Part shown: one piece after another, positions 49,191 to 62,478 of the stretch | Layout of the letters: every line of letters starts with the position of its first letter | Position numbering within the stretch: the stretch's first letter is position 1 | Source of the DNA: Elsinoe ampelina | Taxonomy: Eukaryota | NCBI GenBank assembly: GCA_010093995.1 | Contig: ML992501.1 | Coordinates: forward strand, 2,235,320-2,299,319 | Reading direction: 5' to 3' | DNA length: 64,000 nt | Translations under genes and position numbers: made by a program | The notes under the pieces: generated by a model | Database searches by the model: none | The model's input: only the letters and a program-made list of their open reading frames with translations | What the model was told of the DNA's origin: nothing

Positions 49191-49962
49191 GATTGCGGTG
49201 TTTGTATGAAGTGTGTGTGTTGACGAAAGTCAAGAAATATCGGTTTACAAAATTTGAGAGGGGCACAGCGAAAGAGGCTGACGGTGAAGCGTGGGGCGGG
49301 GCGGCAGCACCCGGGACTCACAACTCGGCCTGAAACTGTGAAGTGACCAAATACGCGCCTCTGCGCATTTATTTCGGGCATCAATGGCTATCGATTCACG
49401 GATGAGGCAGAGTACCATACTTACATCTTTGTCACTGCAAGGAGCGGCCTGCACGACGCCGCCGCATCAACCCCAACCGCATTTATCGGCCATAGACCCT
49501 ACAAAGACAGACCAGCTTTTCGCAGCCACCTGATTGGCCAAAGTCTGCAAAAAGTTGCAAGCAGAGGCCCTGCGTCGCACAAGATCGATGTATCAGTCAG
49601 CTGCAAGTCAAAAGATGCAGGCTCGAAGCATTCCTGCTTTTACTGCTCAGCGATCAAGACGGTCCAGGCATACTTCATGTGAACCACTCGAGGTTTGCCA
49701 GCTCCGGAGGCGAACCACCCCTGCCGAATTGGGAAATTTTAGCCCCTCGATAAGAGCTGTGAGACCCCGCCCCCGGCCATGATTCTCTCTGTAGCTCCAA
49801 CATGAATTCCTGGCTGGACAGCACATCTTCGGTAATTCTAGTCCGTCATTGGAATAGCCGCTGGTGATTTGTCTTGTAGGTGTCGACAAGTATTTCTATA
49901 TCCTGTCGATCCCCATCTTCCCTTCCTCTACTCCTGTTCTCACCTCCAGATACATTCTCAAC

Positions 49963-52156
49963 ATGCTCGAACGTGTTCAACAACTCACAAACCACCTGAG
50001 CGGTCAGGTTGAGCCCTCACACCCGCTAGATCCCCTATCAGCTAGTGAGATCAAAAAGGCAGTAGAGGTTGTCAGTGCCACGCATCGTGGTCTCTTCTAC
50101 AATGCCGTCACATTACAGGAGCCGCCCAAGGCAGAGATGCTCGCCTACCTCGCCGACCCGAAGAACACTCCCCGTCCAGCCAGAATAGCTGACGTCGTGG
50201 CAATTGGAAGAGGTAGCAAGGTTTACGATGGTTTGGTGGATCTCGAGACAGGCACAATCCTTCAATGGGAGCTCACAGACGGCGTCCAACCTCTGATTAC
50301 AATGGAAGATCTGCAAATTGTGGAGACAGTCGTGCGCAAGGATCCCAAGGTCATTGAGCAATGCGGCATACTTGGAATTCCGCCACAGGACATGTACAAG
50401 GTCTACTGCGATCCGTGGACCATCGGATATGACGAGCGCTTCGGCAGTAAAGTCCGTCTTCAACAAGCGCTCATGTACTATCGTCCTCACGTGGATGACT
50501 CTCAATACACATACCCACTCGACTTTTGTCCCATCTACAATGCAGACACACAAGAGATCATGCACATCGATGTCCCGCCTGTACGGCGTCCCTTGAACTT
50601 GGCACCCCCCATCAACTATCACGCCGACGCCATTGAAAAGGAGGGAGGCTTCAGGACCGATCTAAAGCCGATCGAGATTACCCAGCCCAAAGGTGTTTCC
50701 TTCACGATAGATGGCCGCACACTCAAGTGGGTGAACTGGTCCGTACACATTGGCTTCAACTACCGGGAAGGTATCGTCCTCAGCAACATCACATTCAATG
50801 ACAAGGGTACCGTGCGACCGGTTTTCTACCGTATCTCGCTGGCAGAGATGGTCGTTCCGTACGGCAACCCCGATCACCCACATCAACGCAAGCACGCTTT
50901 TGATTTAGGTGAATATGGTGGAGGCTACATGACCAACTCCTTATCTTTGGGCTGCGATTGCAAGGGTGCGATACATTACATGGACGCCGACTTTGTCAAT
51001 AGAGCTGGTGAGCCACAGACAATCAAGAACGCCATCTGTATCCACGAAGAAGACGCCGGTATTCTGTTCAAGCACACCGACTTCCGTGACGAGTCCACCA
51101 CTGTCACACGAGCTCGCAAGCTTGTCATTTCACAGATCTTCACCGCCGCGAACTATGAGTACTGCGTCTACTGGATCCTACACCTTGATGGCACCATCCA
51201 GCTCGAGATCAAGCTGACTGGTATCCTCAACACCTACGCTCTCGCACCTGGCGAGTCGGCCGCGCCGTGGGGCACAGAAGTCTACCCCGGCGTCAATGCC
51301 CACAACCATCAACATCTCTTCTGCCTGCGTCTCGACCCCAACATCGATGGTCCCAGCAACACAGTCTACCAAGTCGACGCGGCCGTTCCCGACGCTCCCG
51401 TCGGCAGCAAAGAGAACTTCTATGGCAATGCCTTTTACGCAAAGAAGACCAAGCTAGCCACCCCGGAGACCTCCCGCAGCGACTACGACGGCAACACCTC
51501 CCGTACATGGGAAATGTGCAACGAATCCAAACTCAATCCCTACAGCAAGAAGCCGGTCAGCTACAAGCTCGTCTCACGTGAAGTGCCACCCCTCCTCCCC
51601 AAAGAAGGCTCCCTAGTCTGGAAACGCGCCGGCTTCGCCCGCCACGCCGTGCATGTCACAAAATGTGCGTGCCTACCCCCCACCTTCCCCTTCCCTCTCC
51701 CTCCCTGACTCTCCCCTCACTCTCCCGTACCCCCACTGACCCTCAATTCCAGACGACGACTCCCAACTCCACCCCGCCGGCCGCCACGTGCCTCAAACCT
51801 CCGGCACCCCCTCCGCCGGCCTCCCCGCCTGGATCGCCGCCAACCCCACGGCCGACCTAACCAACACCGACGTCGTGCTCTGGCACACCTTCGGACTAAC
51901 CCACTTCCCGTCGCCGGAGGACTACCCCGTCATGCCCGCCGAGCCGATGACGGTTCTGCTCCGGCCGAGGAATTTCTTCACGCAGAATCCGTGCATGGAT
52001 GTCCCGCCCAGTTATAGCAGCACGCCGAGCCAGGTCAAGGCGGGGAGAGGGGGCGTGATGGGGGTCGTGGATGGGGTGTCGAGGCTTGCGTTTGGAGGGG
52101 CAGGGGGGACGGGGACGCAGAGGAAGGGGGGCAGTAAGGGGTGTGGGAACTGTTGA
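49963..52156 (+). CDS. Copper amine oxidase (TPQ-dependent)
   Basis: HPLDPLS, KHAFDLGEYG, SLGCDCKG, TAANYEY (TPQ consensus), HNHQH copper ligands, HFPSPEDYPVMP. Intron about 51665-51752. Confidence 0.95.
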
Positions 52157-52669
52157 TCGAGGGATAAGGTGATTGGCTGTGGATGAGCGGCTAGTTATGA
52201 AAAGATTACATGCATGTCCTCAGATTGTGTTCACCGCCCGGTGATCTGGCGCTCACGCGGCTTGGGCTCGCTGTGATGTCCTCGCTGCTGGTGACTTGAG
52301 TCATGCAGCTGCACGCACATGTCTAGCTCGCCTGCAGGACGCTGGCGAAGCATATGCTCCACGCACCCGGTCACCGGCACCCGCTCTGGGTCTATCACAC
52401 CGCCGTCAGGACGCCATGTGGCGCCGTCACGGGCAAGCACATGCACGACACGTGCGACCGGCATGCAAAAGGGGGACGAGAATTGATTGCCGGCATGGAC
52501 CCTGACGACTAGTCTGGCACTAAGGAGCTTGATTCTGACGACGTGTGGTGGTGGGTTTTCTGGTCGTGAAAATGAAAAATTCAACGGGCTCGGAATGATA
52601 TTGACCCTGATGACAAAATCGAGTGAAGATACAGAAGATCAGAAAGCCGTCTCGAGGTAATTGCGATGT

Positions 52670-53291
52670 TCAGTAATCCAGTGGACTGGAATACTTTGCG
52701 CTCGCTGCCCTGTATTGGAGGGGATACTTTTGCGCTGCTCGCTGGTTCAATGCCCTGAACAAGTCAGCATCCTGTTTTCTGCATTTGACGATATACATAC
52801 GTGACTCTTCCCTGCGTCCAGGCTAGCTCTCTCTGTACATCTCTCGCCGCCTTGAGTCCATCTCGAAAGTTCGTTTGAGCGGCGGCCAGTCTTCGTTGTG
52901 CCAGCGCCTGCAATTCGAGTAATTCTCGCTGTTTGGCATTGAGAGCACCGCTGGTCTGCGCCTGTGTGGCGAGTGATCGGTCGAGTGGTGTCGGGTCGAT
53001 GGTCGAGGAGAGGCGGTCGGACATGTACTCGAGCAGATCGACAGAGGAACCGCCTGTGCTGCTGGTATCATAATCTGAGGAGGAGGCTGAGAATGTGCCG
53101 CCGCTTGTAGTGATGGACTCGGCCCGTTCTGGAGAGGCCGAAGGGACTCGACGATGAATCAAAGGCTGGACATAGGTGGCCGGAGCATAGTAGGGCTGGT
53201 ATGGTGACGTGGTCGCCGGAGCTTTGGCGGCGGTAGAGAAATGAGGCGTGGCTGAGCTTGAGTAGTGGGGTGTCTGGTAAGTGGGAGGCAT
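52670..53291 (-). CDS. KXD1: KxDL-family BLOC-1/BORC subunit
   Basis: DPTPLDRSLATQAQTSGALNAKQRELLELQALAQRRL...ARDVQRELAWTQGRV-intron-ALNQRAAQKYPLQY. Ser-rich N-terminus. Confidence 0.75.
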
Positions 53292-54529
53292 GATGGGCGA
53301 ATGATATGTCAGTGTAGTGCAAGCTTGATTTGAGATTGGGTAGCAATGCTTGTCTAAGTTCAGGTGGAGTGAGAACAAGGTCGGAAGAAGGAGATTGCTC
53401 AACGAGCTCATTTTATAGCCTACTCAGATGCGCCAATGCCGTAGCATGTGCCGTCTCATGCTTGGTAGTGGCCGATGAATGGTCCTTCTATCAATGATAC
53501 CCCGCTCGAGTCGTCGGATGAATGTGCTAGGCAGGTGCTATATCTCTAGCTTCGTTGGCATCAGCGATTACCTTTGGGTATGCAGCGGGCCGAAGGAAGG
53601 CCGGCTAGAGACCATGATGATTGGACACTCCAAGGGATGTGGAATGAAGCTATCTTAGTCTTTCCCCGTTGAAGACGAGATGGGGTAAAGAGACCAGGGA
53701 GCTGTCCGGGTCAATCCTGGTTCGGCCGCGAAGGAAGTCGATCCGCAGGTGTCAAGAAGCAAGGTGCATAACCGACGTGCATGCCCAAACATCTGACCGT
53801 TAGGCCATGTGTGGTTCTCATGCAGGATTTGAAAGGTTCTGCATGGCTTGCGGCTTGCATGGGCAGCAGAGCGAGCTCGATCCGCCGTGTAGCTGTCTGT
53901 CAACCACCGAGTCGTGCAAATAGGCCCAATCGCGTGGGAGGATAGAAGATGCAACCATGCATTAGCTTCAATGACAACTCAGAAGGACCCTCGGCACGCC
54001 AACGGATACGTGGAGCTCTGAGAAATCAAGCGGTCAAGAAATGCGGACGAGGATGGGAAAAAAATCGCAGGGAGTGAAGTCGCATTGCTGGGCGCTTTGC
54101 GATTGGCTGCGTATGGTTGGGCATTCAGGCAGGGCATCAAGACGAGTGGTAGATGTTGCATTGAACACAGCATGACGGTAAGGCGTGTGTAATGGTAATC
54201 ACGCGAAACCTGTGTGTACACTGGACAATGTATGACCTGTAACTGTCATTGTGCTAGGTAGCTATCTACAGATGGGAGCAGGACATGTGGATACCGCAGA
54301 GCTTCAATGGTAGCGGCCATTACATCGAAGCATATGACGAAAATCGTCGGGCTTGACTGACAACAGGGGGCACTTGATAATGGATTAACAAATATGTTAT
54401 GAGAAACGAAAGTCTGTCGTCCCAGGACGGTACCTGCGTCCCATCTCAGTCATGTCTCGTAGCTTCGTCATTCGTAACATCCGCCGGGCCAGGCTATCAA
54501 GCCTTCTCGACATGCATGTCAAGACAGCT

Positions 54530-55093
54530 CTAATACTCAGATGGCGGCTCCGAAGTTCCACTCTCCTCCGAAGTCGCGAAGCTGCCTGAGGGGCTGCTGA
54601 CTGGTGACGTCTCGGGACTAACAATGTAGAGCTTGTCGTATGTGCCGAAGAGATTTCGACTCCAGTAGACGTTGGAAGGAAGGCGTATCGAAGCGAGTGA
54701 AGAGTTGTAGTTTGGAAATTCGCGGTACTTCTCGTGCTCGTACGGCATGAAGAGGTCGTGACGCTTAACTTCGATGTACGTGGTTCTCTTTGGTATTGAC
54801 ATCTTGGTGACCCTCAGGCTACGATCTGTAATTCAGATTAGAAAGGCTGCGAATCAAGGCAAAAGGCCGGTTTACTTACTGCGATCGAGTGCCTCACAAA
54901 GCGCTTGTTGAGTCGTCTTCTCCACGGACATTCCGTCATTCCACCGGTAGACAAGGATGGGAGACGGGTCTTCGGAGTCCAGAGCGTACCGAATAGCGCT
55001 GCTCGTAGAAGTGTTTGAAGAATTTGTTTGCCATGTCGGCTGCGTGTTGGTGGTAAGACGACCAAGGGCCGGCTCCTCGTTGTGGTTGCTCAT
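54530..55093 (-). CDS. Hypothetical two-exon protein (~170 aa), no recognised family
   Basis: Canonical intron (GTAAGT...CTAAT...TACAG, about 54826-54879) joins ORFs 54872-55093 and 54530-54802 in frame. Confidence 0.55.
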
Positions 55094-56975
55094 TGCGATG
55101 TGAACAGTAGGAGTTTTCGATTAATCGAAGGGGGTGAGGGTATGTGATGATTGCGAGACGGTTAATAGAGCAGAAACCAGGATATAAAGGTCACGTCGCT
55201 TGCGCCGTAAAGGTGGTTCGACTGGCTCGGAGTAAGGCGGGCGGCAGAGCCACTGCAGCCACTCCAATCGAATCGGGATGCGAACAAACCTCAGGACCAA
55301 GCTGTGCGAGACGGCGATGATGTGGAATCTTTGCGGGTTGAAGAGAGGATTGGACGAGAAAGAACGAGAAATGCACAATGGGAAGCGCCTGGAAGTGAGG
55401 CGATACTGACAGTGATCCGTGCGTCAGCAGGGCGGGAACTGAGGAATCAAGCTGAGTTGGGGCGCAGCCACCAGGCATCCTCCCGCGTCCTGCTCAGCCG
55501 CACCATGCTGACACGTTTGTCGCATTCGGGCATTCGACACCACTCATTTGTTCTTGGTGCTGTGTTTCCGTGCATGTGCACAAACAAGACGCCGCAAATG
55601 TCGCCGCTATGAATGACGATTGCAATGACTGTTTCTCGTGCCGCCAGACCGAATATAAGGTGTATATCGAGATGACGCTGCATGAGTCAAGCATCACCTT
55701 TGAGTCTTCCATACGAGAGCGACATGTAAGGGGGCGAGAAGCCCATAGAAGTAACATTATCGTATCATTCGAGCCGATTCAACGTTACCACTTGCGCATT
55801 TTTCATGTCCTGTCGTAACTCAACGATGGCTAGGTTGCTGGAACTAAGGTATCGCTCCCGGTAGGCTCCGTCGTATGGGGAAGTCCTCCGCACCAGAGCA
55901 AAAATTTTCTTTGTGGGTCGCTTTATTGCTAGCATAATATAATTTAATTTGTACCCCCTCTACAACAACAGGGCACATGGTAAGATGATCTGATCACCTT
56001 CCATCCGAGCATCTGTTAATCCGATTCAGGTCTAATGGCTATGATTCCTTCTTAGCATACTTTCGAGTCTCCTTTGGAGGGGGTTCCCGGTTCGTACAGT
56101 AGCAATTACTCACACAACATCACAACTAATAAGCCTAGGTTCAATTCCGGGTGTGTCCACAAGCGGCTAATGCCATCTTTTTGCTCATACCCAGAATCTT
56201 TTCTTTCAATGCTTTGGGGTTGGTATAGAATGAGCGGTGTGAGTTGGTGTAGCAAATGTGTGGAAGCGTGTGACGGAGCTTGGCGGGCCTTGGACGGCTT
56301 TGGGCCCGAAGCCCCAGCCAATGAAAACAACCGCCTTCCACGACAACTTTTTGTCCCTGATGTCTTCTGCAATGGATTCCGACTGTTCTGAATCGCATGG
56401 CGAAACAACTGTCACGGTATGATGGCGCACTGATAAAAAGGAATGGTGTGCCTCCTACATTGGCGACTTTGCTCTGAGCAAGATGACGCGGGGTCTAAAA
56501 ATAAGCTCGTCAGCGGGACAGAGCCGTGCCGCGCCCGAGCCACAGTCGGCAGGAGTTACATGTGGAGCTTTCGTTGGTTGTGGGGAGCTCCCTCTGTTGT
56601 TTTCCTGGCCTTGTCCGTGAGGGCGTGAGCGACTGCGCCTAAATTTCACCTTACCATCGTTACTACAGCACAAGGTGCTATCAAATCCAATCTCCAGACC
56701 TTGCCCTGGACTTGTGTTTCAGCTTAGACTCTCTATTGACGCTCGCTACTCCCAAACTGACAGAATCTGCCCGGCTCCTGTAGCCCGTCGCAGCGGCCGT
56801 CTCGCTCCAGCGCTTCGGCGACTCCGCTCTATTTTGCCTGACGAATTGCAAGTCACACCTTGTCATGTAGGCAGAGCTGCGCTTCCATAAAGCTAAGCAA
56901 GCTGTCCTTACCCACGCCGCCGACCTGGACTCCTTACCCGTCAACCCCTGGGCTTTCCTCAAGCCACCTGATCCA

Positions 56976-58928
56976 ATGCCGTCAAACACCAGAAACATAA
57001 AGGGTCCCACGGAAACGGAAGCAGCAACTGCGACGGTAGAGACCACTACTACCTCTAGTTCTGGTGGTGGTCGGAAAGGTCCTATCACGATGGCAGCCGC
57101 GACCGGACTGCAACCTTCTCCCCACGGATCTCCAGATCGCTCTGGCAGGACGTCACCTGGTACAGGCCAATCCCCTGTGAGAGGCGACGTGACATCGCAG
57201 GATTGGAGGAGAGCCCGCTTGTGGATCAAGGATGTGAAGGATCCGTGGGATCCTTGTATCCTCACGCTGGACGGTGGAGGTATTCGAGGTTTCAGCAGTG
57301 CTCTGATATTGAAGAGACTAATGGAGGAGATCTACAAATGGGAGAAGAAGCTTGAAGAGCAGGAAGGCACGCCCACACGCGGCGATCTGACAGAACTCAC
57401 CCACGAGCTGGCAGTACCAGCCTCCGACAGCTTACCAGAAGACGACGAGCTGGTAGTCCCAACCTCTGGCGACTTACTAGAGAACGACGATCTATCAAGC
57501 CGTAGCAAATTGCCAGCCTCAGCGGACGAATTACTACCCTGTCACTACTTCGACTTCATGTATGGCACGAGCACTGGAGGCTTGATAGCAGTCATGCTTG
57601 CTCGTCTGCGCATGAACATCAGCCAATGCCTCGAGCAGTATCGTATAGTCGGAGACGAATTATTCGGTCACAGAAAGAGCATAATACCTTTCATGACTAA
57701 GTACAGATGCGAGCCTTTGGAAAGGGCCGTGAAAGAGCTTGTTGCAAAGAGAGATCTGGGGCACATACACCCGTGGGACGAGGAATTCCGCCGTCGTGCT
57801 AGTGTTCACGATCATGATCACGATTATCTCGACGGCCGGACTCAACTTGCTCCAGACGGTGTCGATGCTCGTGATATGGCTGCCGGTAGCACCGGTGCAA
57901 GCTTCAAAGCTGGTGACCTAGCCCCCGGCAGCCCAAAAGCGAGCTTCGACGCAAGGTCTCAGGTCGACAGCGTCTTCTTGCCGCATCTGACGTCGGAGCC
58001 AGAGCGAATACCGAAGATGACCGACAGCATAATCTCTCGAAGCACAGCTGCCGAATCAGACTCGCCGCGCTGGAATCCAGACGCACCACGCGTATGTCAG
58101 TCATGTTGCTTGACAGCTATTCACAATGGCACGGTCCAGCGAGCACACCTGCTCAGATCTTATCCTCATAGATACACCCGAGATCTGCCCGCGTGGATCA
58201 CTCCATACAATTCTGGAGCTGACAAGCTCGCCATTTGGCAGGTGACTCGAGCGACGAGCGCCGCTCCTTTCTACTTCGAGATGCTGGAAGCCATCGTCGA
58301 GAATGAGAAGAGGGGCCACAAGGACGGTGGCATCAGAGAAAACAACCCCGCTGGTGCTGCGTACAGTGAATTCGTCTCACTATATCCCAAGAAGCAGAAG
58401 CCGGCTCTTATGCTCAGTATTGGTACTGGACGAACAAGCACATCACCTGATGGCTTCATGTCGGCCTTGCCCTGGCCATTCGGTCATGTGACTCTACTAC
58501 GCAAGATGGCCGAGAACATCTCGGTGATCCCACACTTGCTGGTCAAATACACTGAAAGTGAGGCGAAGCACGAGGAGATGGTACGATATGCCCGAGGTGA
58601 GAATACCTGGTACAAACGCTTGAATGTGTCGGAAGGTCTGGAAAATATGCCACTGGATGACTGGACCAAGGGAAAATACGAAGGCAAAGTTGTTCCAGGA
58701 GGTGCCTCGCTCTCCCGTATGCACGAAGCCACTGATCGATATCTATCACGGGACGTCGACGACCAGATCGAGAAGTTCGTCGCGCCCAAAGATATGATTG
58801 AGCAACTCGCGGAAAAGCTTGTAAGAGTCCGTCGAGCACGCGAAAGGCTTGGGGGCGAGAGATGGGAGACATTCATTGGACGAGGCCTTCGGGAGCGCAT
58901 GGTACGCCAAACCATCGAGACAACTTAA
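56976..58928 (+). CDS. Patatin-like (iPLA2-gamma-type) phospholipase
   Basis: ILTLDGGGIRG, FDFMYGTSTGG (catalytic Ser), RATSAAPFYF, KDGG (catalytic Asp), NNP, LSIGTG, YKRLNV. Single exon. Confidence 0.92.
   Translation: MPSNTRNIKGPTETEAATATVETTTTSSSGGGRKGPITMAAATGLQPSPHGSPDRSGRTSPGTGQSPVRGDVTSQDWRRARLWIKDVKDPWDPCILTLDGGGIRGFSSALILKRLMEEIYKWEKKLEEQEGTPTRGDLTELTHELAVPASDSLPEDDELVVPTSGDLLENDDLSSRSKLPASADELLPCHYFDFMYGTSTGGLIAVMLARLRMNISQCLEQYRIVGDELFGHRKSIIPFMTKYRCEPLERAVKELVAKRDLGHIHPWDEEFRRRASVHDHDHDYLDGRTQLAPDGVDARDMAAGSTGASFKAGDLAPGSPKASFDARSQVDSVFLPHLTSEPERIPKMTDSIISRSTAAESDSPRWNPDAPRVCQSCCLTAIHNGTVQRAHLLRSYPHRYTRDLPAWITPYNSGADKLAIWQVTRATSAAPFYFEMLEAIVENEKRGHKDGGIRENNPAGAAYSEFVSLYPKKQKPALMLSIGTGRTSTSPDGFMSALPWPFGHVTLLRKMAENISVIPHLLVKYTESEAKHEEMVRYARGENTWYKRLNVSEGLENMPLDDWTKGKYEGKVVPGGASLSRMHEATDRYLSRDVDDQIEKFVAPKDMIEQLAEKLVRVRRARERLGGERWETFIGRGLRERMVRQTIETT
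57405..57488 (+). repeat. Imperfect 42-bp tandem duplication inside the patatin CDS
   Basis: ELAVPASDSLPEDD / ELVVPTSGDLLEND, also alignable at DNA level. Confidence 0.75.
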
Positions 58929-59018
58929 GCGGATAAGGCTCCCAAAGTCACCAGGACCAGCGATCTATTCTACGCCAAGATGCCACTGTCTGTCCTGGTG
59001 TTACTGCAGCGACGTTTA

Positions 59019-60065
59019 CTATGCCTTCACATGCAAGGGCATTGCCTTTTCGTGGATGATGTCAATCGACTCCTGCGCACTTCCATCTAGCACTTCGGCG
59101 GCAGCTCTTTTCTTGAATGGCTTGGTGAGCGGCCCTACTTCAATACACTCCCCACCTCCAGCACAGCCGTGCATGCATTCTTCGAATGACGCGACGACAT
59201 TCTCCATCGGTGTCAATAGCCCTTTCGCTCCGGCCTGTTGATAGAATCCTTCACTCGAAATCGACGTCTGTACGATCATTGGGCATACTGCATTGAGACC
59301 GATGCCATGCTCAGCAAGGAACTTGCCGTACGATCTCACAAAACCTACCACACCATGCTTGGCGGCGGTATATATCGGTAATGTTGGGACGCAATAGAAT
59401 CCGCAACCAGACGCAGCAAGAGCTATACTCCCTCGGAATCCGTCTTCGAGAGGCTTCTGGCGTCGCATCTGCTGGATCGCTAGAGCAGCCGTGTACAGTG
59501 GTCCGTTCAAGTCGACCTCGAGTGTTTTTAGATCTGGCTTCACGAAAGACGTGTCCGAATCCTTCTCGTCCGCACCAAAGCGAGGGATCCATGGTCTCTC
59601 ACTTATGCCTGCGACAGCAAAGACATGGTCGATTCTTCCACCAACGAAAGGCTGGACTGAATTGAAAGCTTCTAGCTGAGAATCCCAGTCCGAAACATCA
59701 ACCTGAACCGCCAACGCGATCCTTTCATATTTCGTTCCAGAAGAGGTGCAAGACGCTTCGTGTGCCTCGTTCAAAGATTGTACATATGCATCAGCAGCAG
59801 GAAGGTTGATGTCTGCGACGACAGTTTTGATCCTTTGCATAGCGTTTCAGCATTTTCATTCCGCATAGCGTTTGATATCACATTGGCACAGAAATAGTCG
59901 TAATGAGATAATGAATCACGTACCCTTTCGATACCAGCATCTGCACCACTGCTTTGCCGATACCACTGGCGCCACCTTCAAGTTGTCAGCATGGCTACTT
60001 GAACCGAGGCGGCGGAATGATCTACCAGTGACGTACGCAGTCTTCTGTACCTCTGCCATGACCAT
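59019..60065 (-). CDS. Short-chain dehydrogenase/reductase (15-PGDH-like)
   Basis: Spliced MVMAEVQKTAYVT-GGASGIG (TGxxxGxG), VVADIN, VDVSDW, IDHVFAVAGI, catalytic YTAAK, LNAVCP. Two 5' introns. Confidence 0.9.
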
Positions 60066-60429
60066 CAGTAGAAATCATCAGATGAATTTCCTTAACAAGA
60101 GGCTTGGAAAGGGTCACCTCTATGAACACAGACCCCGCACAACCAAATGGAGCGGGGCAGCTGGAGGCGTCCGGCTAACCTTCCTCAACCAGAGCTTGGC
60201 ATAGTCTTTCTCAGCATATTCAAGACAATCAACCAAAGGCTGGCAGCGGCGAGCTTCATATACACATTCAACGTCTCCTCGCCATACTGCCAAGCGCACA
60301 TTGCGCCGAAGTCTGGAACACGCATGATGACACTCCCCAGCACCTCACCTTGAACAGGTGGGGTACATAAACTCACCTCCACCCCAGCACGCACCCTTTC
60401 ACTCGCGCCGCCAGCAGACCCCGCCGACC

Positions 60430-61388
60430 ATGCCCGAGACCTATGACCACGAAGGCAAGCCCGTCACCCACGGCCGCGCTCGCATCAATGGCATCCGCAT
60501 GCACTACATCACCGCCGGCACCGGACCCTCCTTAGCCCTCCTCCACGGCACCCCCAAGACACACTACTACTGGTACCGCCTCGTCCCCCTCCTCACACCG
60601 CATTTCACCGTGGTCGCCCCTGACCTCCGCGGCTTCGGCGCCACCGACAAGCCGCCCGCTAGCGAAGGCTACGACAGCGGCACCAACGCCTCGGACGTCG
60701 CCCTCCTCATGAGCCAACTCGGCCACGAGAAGTTCTACGTACACGGCGAGGACCGCGGTGGCTCCTACGCCTACGCCCTCGCGGCCCACTACCGGGACCG
60801 CGTCGTTGGATTATCCTTCTGCGAGATGCTGCTCTCCGAGGATCTTACGCGGCAGACGTACTTCACGCAAGAGAACATCAGCGCGCAATACGAGCAACGC
60901 GGGGTGTGGAACTGGCATATCCCGTTTTTCTGGATGCCTCATGTCCCGGAGATGTTGATACAAGGTAAAGAGAGGGAGTTTTGGACAATGTTCATGGTGC
61001 AGGAGTGTTATAACCCGGATGCGTTGGAGGAGGGGGCGGTGGAGGAGTGGATTAAGCAGGTGAAGGCACCGGGTGGGTTGAGGGGGGTGTTGGAGACGTA
61101 TAGGAGTCATTGGAAGAATATGGAGGTCGAGGAGGAGGGGTTGAAGGTCAAGTTGCCAGAGAGGATGAGGGTGCTTACTGTGGGGGCGCCGGAGTGAGTA
61201 TTTACCTTTGGTTTTTAGAGGGAGAGAAGCTGATGGGTGGCAGATTCTTTGGACCACTAGTTGAAGGGCAGATGAAGAAGGCGGCGGAGAAGGTGTATCA
61301 TGCTGAGGTTTTTGAGAGGTGTGGTCACAGTCTGTCTCTGGAAGCACCGGATCGGATGGCTGCGGTGTTGCGGAAGTTCTTGGAATGA
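60430..61388 (+). CDS. Alpha/beta hydrolase, soluble epoxide hydrolase / haloacetate dehalogenase-like
   Basis: LLHGTP, VAPDLRGFGATDKP, HGEDRGG (Asp nucleophile), WHIPF, CGHSLSLEAP. Intron about 61194-61243. Confidence 0.88.
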
Positions 61389-62478
61389 GAGGCTTGGTTA
61401 TACGAGTAGAGGAGGACGGTCAACTGTCTCGTGATCTTGCAGCTGGGTTCAGCGAGCCCGCAACAGCCGGCATGATCCTGAGCCAGGATGCCGCCGCATG
61501 GCATTGCTCTGGGTCGGAGCCGCGTTCATGTTGTTAGACACGGCTCGGTTATCACGCTTCATCTTTTGCCCGACGGAGCTTGGTTACTTCAAGCATTTTG
61601 CTGAGATGCCTCGGTCCATGGCTTCGACAAAATAAAGTGGACCTTTGACCCACCTCGACAGGTTGTGCCATGATTATTGAGCGATCCTAGTAGCATCCTC
61701 TGCCCTGGCGGATCAGTAATTGAGACTGAATTGGACTGTAGAGTGTAAGGTCGCGGGTGAAGAGACAAGACATATAAATAGCCACCCCCGTCGCGTGAAG
61801 CAGTAGTTGTTCCATTTGACACGCATCAAACCAGTGGATCGGAAAGGACAAGCTTTGTGGACGTCACCGTGGCAGAGACAAGCTTTGTCTTGATTTGCGC
61901 CACCCGAGAGGCAATTTCACCTTATGACGACTTCCCCTCCGCTTTCTCTACCACCTGCCGTCACAGCCGGCCATGCATCCGGTGCTTGTTCACGGCCTGA
62001 AAGGCTTGGTGATGAAATACACTGCTAATCTCGACATGAGGCAGCTAGATGCTGGAAAGCAGAAGTTCTCCCCAGGAATGACAGCAACGCAGGCTCATGA
62101 TCATGCAAGACCACGTGGATGGGACCTTCAAAGTCTGCATCGAGAGATGCATATGCGAGATGCCTGCAACGATAAGATCCGCACGCGGACTACTGATGTC
62201 CTAACCCCGTTCCTCGGCCGGTTGAAGGAGAAGCAAGAGTGGTTCGCGGATCGTAAGTCTCCAGGCACGCCGGCACGACAGTCAATTTCATCACACCCAA
62301 TCCATCACGATCGACGCGACACGGCTCGAGGCCAATTCGACCCCAGAGTCACCGTCTCCGGATTTGCTGGAGAGCATGTAGATAAGTATCCGCATCCCCG
62401 TGGGACAGAGTATACGGGGTGTAGAGGTCTGGTCCTTTCCTTCTCGTCTCGTTACCTTTCATTGTCCTACCACCCATC

